Source: Balneolaceae bacterium (GTDB lineage Bacteria > Bacteroidota > Rhodothermia > Balneolales > Balneolaceae). Taken from it: 64,000 nucleotides of DNA. The stretch spans positions 2,218,730 through 2,282,729 of the forward strand of contig CP030887.1 in the NCBI GenBank assembly GCA_006969905.1, given 5' to 3'. Positions within the stretch are counted from its first letter, which is position 1, and every line of letters starts with the position of its first letter. This document shows positions 58,445 to 64,000 of this stretch, piece by piece. A program made the position numbers and the translations under genes. The notes under the pieces were generated by a model. It did no database searches, was not told the origin of the DNA, and worked only from the letters and a program-made list of their open reading frames with translations.

Positions 58445-59803
58445 TTAGGTGGCGGTTTTACTTTCCATCTTGCCAAAACTATTGTAAACCACATACCCCA
58501 ACCATAAGGCTACAATTACATCGATTAAAGTTGAACCAAAATACACCCCGCTTACCCCAAACCATTTTGGTAGTAATAACATAACCGGTACGTAAAAAAT
58601 GATTTGTCTCGCTAATCCTATGATGCTGGCATATTTGGGTTGCTCAACAGCAGGCAGGTGTGTAAGTGACATAAAGACAAAAGGAAGGAAAGGAATAATT
58701 GCCATATAAACCCTGAAATTAATCAATTCAGTGGATGTCATGATTTTATTTGGTAGTACCATCTGTAGACTGATTTGCGGGAATACCATTAGAAAAAGCC
58801 AAAATGGGAGGATTAACCAAAAACCTGTTCTGCAGAACAACCAAAAAACCTCTTTTACTCTTTTGTATTGACCCGCGCCAAAATTGACTCCTTCTATTGG
58901 TTGTAATGCTCTCATAAAGCCAAATAGTGGTGTCATCATAAATAATAAAATACGGTTGGCCGCGGCAAAAAAAGATAGGTCCTCATCTGTGCCGTAATTA
59001 ACAATAGCATTGAATACAATAATGGCTTGTATCAAGCCCATTATGCTTAGGATAAAACCAGGAAAACCCAATTTTAGAATACTTTGAAAAACGGTTTTAT
59101 CATAGGAAATGCTATTTATATTTGAAGGAAAAGAAGATTTTCCTGTATTAAAATAAGTGTAACCAACAATACAGTATATTAGCATACCAATATTGGTTGA
59201 CCAAGCGGCACCATCAACATCCATATTCAAATAGATTATCGAAATTGGAGTTAAAACAAGGTTTATCATGAGCCCATATACCATGATAATCGCTGCTGTC
59301 ATCATTTTACCTTCTGATCGTACTACAAAATTAAGCTGTAAGGCATATATCCAAAGAGGAGTTGCTAAAAGAGTGATTTTGAAGTAACGCACTCCATATT
59401 GGAGAACTTCACCATAGCCCCCCATCATCTTTATCAAAGACTCAGCAAAGAAGAAGGCAGGTAAAGCAAAAACAAGTGATCCTATTATTGTGAAAAGTGT
59501 AGCATTAGGGATTACTTTTTTTTGACTTGTCACATCTTCTTTGCCTATCAGAATGCTTATTAAGTTTCCAGCCCCTGTGCCTACCCAGGAACCTAGCCCC
59601 AGCATAACTGATGTTAAAGGGTATGCTAGTGCTACACCAGATAATGCCGTTTCGTTAAGCAATTGCCCTATATAAATCGTGTCCATAAAAGCATTAAGCC
59701 CAAATAACACCATGGCAAAGATAGCAGGAAGGGACAGCTGCCACATCACTTTCTTCAGGTCAGCTGTCAGAATAAATTGTTTTTGGTTACTACCTGGTTT
59801 CAA
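58445..59803 (-). CDS. MATE family efflux transporter
   Basis: About 12 TM helices; AFMDTIYIGQ, GVNFGAGQYKR. Confidence 0.92.
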   Translation of the reverse strand: MKPGSNQKQFILTADLKKVMWQLSLPAIFAMVLFGLNAFMDTIYIGQLLNETALSGVALAYPLTSVMLGLGSWVGTGAGNLISILIGKEDVTSQKKVIPNATLFTIIGSLVFALPAFFFAESLIKMMGGYGEVLQYGVRYFKITLLATPLWIYALQLNFVVRSEGKMMTAAIIMVYGLMINLVLTPISIIYLNMDVDGAAWSTNIGMLIYCIVGYTYFNTGKSSFPSNINSISYDKTVFQSILKLGFPGFILSIMGLIQAIIVFNAIVNYGTDEDLSFFAAANRILLFMMTPLFGFMRALQPIEGVNFGAGQYKRVKEVFWLFCRTGFWLILPFWLFLMVFPQISLQMVLPNKIMTSTELINFRVYMAIIPFLPFVFMSLTHLPAVEQPKYASIIGLARQIIFYVPVMLLLPKWFGVSGVYFGSTLIDVIVALWLGYVVYNSFGKMESKTAT

Positions 59804-60013
59804 TTCCTTAACTAAACCCTTTAATTACAAATAATTTATATCCTCAATTATGATTCAAGCACAGAGCTAAAATATAAAATATATCTAAGACTAAAAATTT
59901 ATTTAGCCAAGACTAAATAATAAAACCTATAAAGAGGGGAACAGAGATTCATCAGGTGGCAGGAGTTGGTAACCACTATTGATATTGTCGACTTACCACA
60001 TTAATAATCTGGA

Positions 60014-60658
60014 TTACAGTTTTATATCACAGCGGATAATATCGTGCTTTACTTCAAGCTTATATTGATCGTTTTTATCTAATATGTATTTTTCCAGTTC
60101 TTCAATGGTTGGGTAGTCACCTTTGCCAATGAATAGACGTGCATCATCAATTAGCAAAACGTGATTAAGTTCGTCATCACTGAGGATAGCGTCCAGCTCT
60201 TCGAATATCGGGCAGTTTTTATTACCCTTTGCAGTTATACCAGATGAGTAATGACCGTCCAGCCAAAATATAGCGGGTTCATTTATTTCCGGTAGTATTT
60301 TTGGAAGGACATCTCCGCTGTCACCATGCAGAATTGTAATGTGCTTATATTTTCTGAATCGCCGGGTGGCTTTATTGAACAAATCAATCCCCAATTCAAT
60401 AGAAATAATCTTACTGAATGTGTTCTTTTGTGCTTCCACCATATCTCCTAAGTAAGTACCGGTTTCCACTAATAGTTTATATTGATACTTCTCCCGGTAC
60501 TCCTGAATAGTTATCTGTTTTACAATATGAGGAGAAGGGGCTGGGCACCCGTTTTGTTTCCATTCAGCAAGCTGTTTTTGATCATTTTTTTTCTTGCGGA
60601 TATTTAATACCGGTTGAGGCATCAGGCTCTTTAAAAATCTTTTAATCTTTGCTGTCAT
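60014..60658 (-). CDS. Class I SAM-dependent methyltransferase-like protein
   Basis: LVETGTYLG, SIE, GDSGDVL, FWLDGHYS, LIDDAR motifs. Confidence 0.7.
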   Translation of the reverse strand: MTAKIKRFLKSLMPQPVLNIRKKKNDQKQLAEWKQNGCPAPSPHIVKQITIQEYREKYQYKLLVETGTYLGDMVEAQKNTFSKIISIELGIDLFNKATRRFRKYKHITILHGDSGDVLPKILPEINEPAIFWLDGHYSSGITAKGNKNCPIFEELDAILSDDELNHVLLIDDARLFIGKGDYPTIEELEKYILDKNDQYKLEVKHDIIRCDIKL

Positions 60659-60829
60659 TTAAATTGTTTAGGGGGTTAGGGTTCCTATGTTTCCCACTAC
60701 GATTTTTGGGGCACAGCGATTATTTCGGAATATAACCAGGAAGGGTGTGAATTGCTGTTTCCTATATCAGTCTTCATTCTTTTAGAAGGCTGTCTAACTC
60801 ACCTTTCCGTACTTCGAATTATTCATGAA

Positions 60830-60900
60830 TTTAAAGATGAAGAGCGGAGCGGATTCATCTTCAACGGTCTGTATATGGTGCGTTGCCGTCCAGCAGGGCT
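60830..60900 (-). repeat. Eroded cassette junction: 36-bp palindrome plus half of a short attC-like site
   Basis: 60830-60865 is 31/36 identical to 61776-61811; the adjacent GGTCTGTATATGGTG parallels GGCTCGCATATGGTG, but the partner arm is missing. Confidence 0.7.
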
Positions 60901-60901
60901 G

Positions 60902-61660
60902 CTATGATTTTTTAGCCTTTGTTATATGCTTTTCTTTATTTCTTACAAATATTAATTTGTGTCTACTTTTCGGGTTTTCACGTTGTTCGATTTCGAATCT
61001 GTCAATTGATTTAATCAGTGGTGTGAGTTTTTCAAATCCATAATTTCTAGAGTCAAAGTTGGGTTGCTTTTTCTGTATCAAACTTCCAACGTCTCCAAGA
61101 AATGCCCAACCGTCTTCATCTGATAAATCCCTAATAGTTGTTGATATTAGATTTATTTCCTTTTTAGTAATCTTATCTATTTCCGGTTCATTTGATTCTT
61201 TACTTTCTACTTTTTCTTCAGTTTGTTTCTTTAGGATTTCAATGTAAATGAATTTGTCACACGCTACTATAAATGGATTTGGAGTCTTTTTTTCTCCGAT
61301 TCCTATCACTTGCATTCCAGCCTCTCTAAGTCGTGTTGCTAATCGAGTGAAGTCACTGTCACTTGAAACAAGACAAAATCCATCAACTTTTCCGCTATAA
61401 AGAATGTCCATAGCGTCAATTATCATGGCAGAATCAGTCGCATTTTTACCTTTTGTATATCCGTATTGTTGAATTGGAGTTATTGCATTTTCTAAGAGCA
61501 GGTTCTTCCACTTGGTTAAGCCTGGTCTGGTCCAATCTCCATAGATTCTTTTTATTGTTGGGTTACCATATTTGGTAATTTCTTCCATCATTTCTTTTAC
61601 ATGAGCAGAAGGAATATTGTCACCGTCTATTAAGACAGCCATATTTGAATTTGTATTCAT
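60902..61660 (-). CDS. NYN (LabA/DUF88) RNase-domain protein with C-terminal OST-HTH/LOTUS domain
   Basis: LIDGDN, RIYGDW, KNATD, SSDSDF; GWAFLGDVG...RNYGF. Confidence 0.92.
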   Translation of the reverse strand: MNTNSNMAVLIDGDNIPSAHVKEMMEEITKYGNPTIKRIYGDWTRPGLTKWKNLLLENAITPIQQYGYTKGKNATDSAMIIDAMDILYSGKVDGFCLVSSDSDFTRLATRLREAGMQVIGIGEKKTPNPFIVACDKFIYIEILKKQTEEKVESKESNEPEIDKITKKEINLISTTIRDLSDEDGWAFLGDVGSLIQKKQPNFDSRNYGFEKLTPLIKSIDRFEIEQRENPKSRHKLIFVRNKEKHITKAKKS

Positions 61661-61680
61661 TTAGTCTTTTTAGTTATTGC

Positions 61681-61783
61681 ATATAACGTGGCTGGGCTAA
61701 GTACAGTGGTTATACCATTGAATTTAGTCCAAGTTGGGATGAGTTGCTACGCAACTTTGTACTTAGCCCAGCCACGTTGGAGA
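61681..61783 (-). repeat. Long att-like site with 21-bp perfect inverted repeat
   Basis: AACGTGGCTGGGCTAAGTACA (61685-61705) pairs with TGTACTTAGCCCAGCCACGTT (61758-61778). Confidence 0.8.
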
Positions 61784-61811
61784 TGAAGAGCGGAGCGAAT
61801 TCATCTCCAAC
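61776..61811. repeat. 36-bp gene-less palindromic mini-element
   Basis: GTTGGAGATGAA-gagcggagcgaa-TTCATCTCCAAC. Confidence 0.85.
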
Positions 61812-61871
61812 GGCTCGCATATGGTGTCGTGGCTGACGTTAGGAAGCCATGCACTATATGCATTGTTGTGC
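61805..61871 (-). repeat. Short attC-like site (67 bp)
   Basis: Minus strand: GCACAAC aat GCATATAG TG-CATGGCT loop AGCCACGACA CCATATGC gagcc GTTGGAG; has an unpaired spacer and a bulged base. Confidence 0.72.
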
Positions 61872-61880
61872 CTAGTGTTT

Positions 61881-62906
61881 TTATTTTTCTTCTTTGTATG
61901 GACCTAAAAACTTGTCCCCGTTAAAGTGAACCAAGTGGTCTGGATTATCTGCAATCCAAACTTCAGTTTCCCAAGCGATATCAGCCATAAATTGTCGGAA
62001 CTTCGGTCTGTTCAAAAATGCTGTAACATACACAATATCAGCTTTGCAGTCCTTTGTCAACTTTTGAAGTTGAATTAGCCGTAATTCACTGATTGGCCCT
62101 GACGAGTGGACAGCTTCAATTAAGTAAAGCCAATTCTTTTTCTTAGAATAGGCAATCACATCTGGTAATTCTTCGTGTGAAATTTCGAAGAAGTTCAACT
62201 TTTCAAGTTTTTCTTTCTCCAAGTACAGATATTTGTCAGAAGTGTCGCCAACATAGAGGATTTCTGCACCATGTCCATATCTTGGAAGAAAATCTTCAAT
62301 TATTGCCTTTTGTAAATCGTTGTGTTCTCCTGCGGAAAAAGTTAGCTCGCCACCCGAAGGAAGAGTCACATTAACTTTTGCTATTTCCCTTTGGCGTTTA
62401 AGTTTTTTACTGAGAGGCTCGATATTCTTGAGCTTGTCAGATACCATTTTCTCCCAATTATTTGAACCAAATTCTCTAAGAAGTTCGGCATATGTTGGGT
62501 TGATTGAATAGCCCCTTGTCGAGTCGTTGGTTGCTGAGTTTGGGCTAGATTGTAAAACGATTTCTGCAACCGTTAGCAACTTGAGGTCTTTTCTTCGAAT
62601 GTCATCATAAGAACCCGAGCTAATGTCTTCTCCAAAATGCTCGTTGACATAGATGATTATATCCCTTGTTTTCAAGGAATGACCACTATTTAAATCTTTT
62701 GCACGTTTGAAATCTGAGAGCTTTTTAATGTCACCACTTGCTAGAAACGCGATTGCCATTCTTTCCAACCTTCTCGGGGTTGAATCCAATGGAATTCCAA
62801 ATGTCTCAAGAATAAAAAGTGTGGTGTTTATCAGTTCCTGTACCTCTTTGCTTTTCTCCCTATAAGTTTTAGATTTATCGGGACTGATATACTGCTTCAT
62901 TCTCAA
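61881..62906 (-). CDS. BsuBI/PstI-family type II restriction endonuclease
   Basis: FSAGEHNDLQKAIIEDF, YVGDT, LPDVI...WLYLIEAVHSSGP, IAWETEVW; likely ATG at 62900. Confidence 0.88.
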   Translation of the reverse strand: MRMKQYISPDKSKTYREKSKEVQELINTTLFILETFGIPLDSTPRRLERMAIAFLASGDIKKLSDFKRAKDLNSGHSLKTRDIIIYVNEHFGEDISSGSYDDIRRKDLKLLTVAEIVLQSSPNSATNDSTRGYSINPTYAELLREFGSNNWEKMVSDKLKNIEPLSKKLKRQREIAKVNVTLPSGGELTFSAGEHNDLQKAIIEDFLPRYGHGAEILYVGDTSDKYLYLEKEKLEKLNFFEISHEELPDVIAYSKKKNWLYLIEAVHSSGPISELRLIQLQKLTKDCKADIVYVTAFLNRPKFRQFMADIAWETEVWIADNPDHLVHFNGDKFLGPYKEEK

Positions 62907-63906
62907 ATAGTTTTAATTGGTCGTTTTCCGTAATGACATATTGGGCTTCAAGACCGTCTGTCAAATGATTTTTGATGTTTAGTGCCAAATGATATGCGAA
63001 GTAAGGCGCAACAGCATTTCCAATTTGGTTAAACTGATGTGTTTCTGTTCCTGAGAACACAAACCAATCAGGAAAACTTTGAAGTCTCGCAGCTTCTCTA
63101 ACAGTAATTCTGCGTCTTCTCCCATCCTTTAATCGAACTCGATGCATGTCTCCTGTTGCACCTGCTAAGTTTCTACATGTCAATGTTCTTGCAGGTCTAT
63201 CTAAGTATAAGTCTCTTGGATTTATGCACTTGGAAGCCTTTTCATACTTGGCGACATATCTGTCCATGGATTCAGTAAAGAACTTAGAGTCTTCATTAAA
63301 TTGAAAAGCGAGCTCCCCTAATGCTTGACCTGCCGTTACCTTTCTATTTACCTTTTTTGGTAGGTTGATTTTTTTCTTTGACCCGATTACTATAACTCGT
63401 TCTCTGTTCTGTGGTACTTCGTAGTTCAAAGCATTCAAAAGGGCATAATTGATAAAGTACCCTAAGCTTTCAAGTTCTTCTATGACTTCCTTCAAATACC
63501 ATTTATTCTTGTAAAGCATTCCACGAACATTCTCAAACAACAGGACTTCAGGGTCAAGTTTTCTGATTGCAGATAAGAAAATTGGGAATCCATCTCTAGA
63601 ATCTTTCAAGCCAAGCTGCTTGCCACCAACACTAAATGGCTGACAAGGTGGGCCACCAATTACGACATCCGCCTTTGGGTATTCCGATTCTACTGTCAGC
63701 TTTTCGTTGAAGCATTCTCCAATCAAGTTCTTATTGTATGTCTGGGTGGCTGGTTCGTCCATTTCATAACCAATAGTTCGAAACCCATGAGCTTCGAAAC
63801 CAAGGGAAAGTCCACCGCAACCCGCAAAAAGGTCAACTACTGTTTTATTCAAATCAGAGTCCACCCAAGGCTTCAACTTTTCATTTATCTCTTCCCAATA
63901 TTCCAT
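62875..63906 (-). CDS. DNA (cytosine-5)-methyltransferase
   Basis: Motifs FAGCGG, GGPPCQPFS, ENV, QNRERV, REAARLQSFP, IGNAV. Confidence 0.95.
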   Translation of the reverse strand: MEYWEEINEKLKPWVDSDLNKTVVDLFAGCGGLSLGFEAHGFRTIGYEMDEPATQTYNKNLIGECFNEKLTVESEYPKADVVIGGPPCQPFSVGGKQLGLKDSRDGFPIFLSAIRKLDPEVLLFENVRGMLYKNKWYLKEVIEELESLGYFINYALLNALNYEVPQNRERVIVIGSKKKINLPKKVNRKVTAGQALGELAFQFNEDSKFFTESMDRYVAKYEKASKCINPRDLYLDRPARTLTCRNLAGATGDMHRVRLKDGRRRRITVREAARLQSFPDWFVFSGTETHQFNQIGNAVAPYFAYHLALNIKNHLTDGLEAQYVITENDQLKLFENEAVYQSR

Positions 63907-63954
63907 TCTCGAAAGTTACGAATTTGTGATGTGGTTTCCATTTCTTCACATTAG

Positions 63955-64000
63955 GCACAACGTGGCTGGGCTAAGTACAGTGGTTATACCATTGAATTTA
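63955..64000 (-). repeat. Second copy of the long att-like site (truncated by window end)
   Basis: 63959-64000 is identical to 61685-61726. Confidence 0.85.

Larger units (their letters stand above)
60830..64000 (-). mobile_element. Integron-like gene cassette array (distal end, continues beyond the window; no integrase in window)
   Basis: Co-oriented minus-strand ORFs bounded by AAC...GTT hairpin sites; R-M cassette ends are 13/14 complementary; 42-bp identical site repeat at 61685-61726 and 63959-64000. Confidence 0.72.

Noticed and set aside
60791-60830. GTCTAAC at 60792-60798 and ATTCATGAAT palindrome as a further att site
   Set aside because: No convincing paired arms; short motifs like these are expected by chance in AT-rich DNA.
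60825-61043. 72-aa + strand ORF across the eroded junction
   Set aside because: It overlaps the NYN gene antisense and the repeat element; no coding signature.
61685-64000. The 42-bp exact repeat as a CRISPR repeat
   Set aside because: Only two copies, 2.27 kb apart, separated by whole genes rather than 30-40-nt spacers; no cas genes.

Overview
Bacterial chromosome window; the gene content suggests the FCB group, most likely Balneolaceae/Rhodothermota-like (inference from QNYPNPFNP-type T9SS tails and TAnnTTTG promoter boxes). 1-29 kb is mostly housekeeping: hisI, yidD, cysS, folE, alaS and pdhABC. It also holds a stand-alone Smr gene coupled to a membrane MutS-type ATPase, an ECF sigma/anti-sigma/2x DUF4097/2x DUF5916 envelope cluster, alkB and an FNR. 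29-54.5 kb is a minus-strand surface-appendage locus. It contains two giant T9SS adhesin-like paralogs, three leaderless type-IV-minor-pilin-like genes, four DUF4402/Csu-like pilins, a chaperone and an usher-like protein fused to three SPOR-like domains. 54.7-60.7 kb has the rml (rfbADCB) operon, EVE, MATE and a methyltransferase. 60.8-64 kb looks like the distal end of an integron-like cassette array (NYN RNase cassette; m5C MTase + PstI/BsuBI-family endonuclease cassette). Its junctions are unusual composites: short attC-like site, then a gene-less 36-bp palindrome, then a long perfect-IR site. The array runs off the right edge and no integrase is in the window. No rRNA, tRNA or CRISPR array was recognised. 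Family assignments come from motif recognition by eye, not from database searches.
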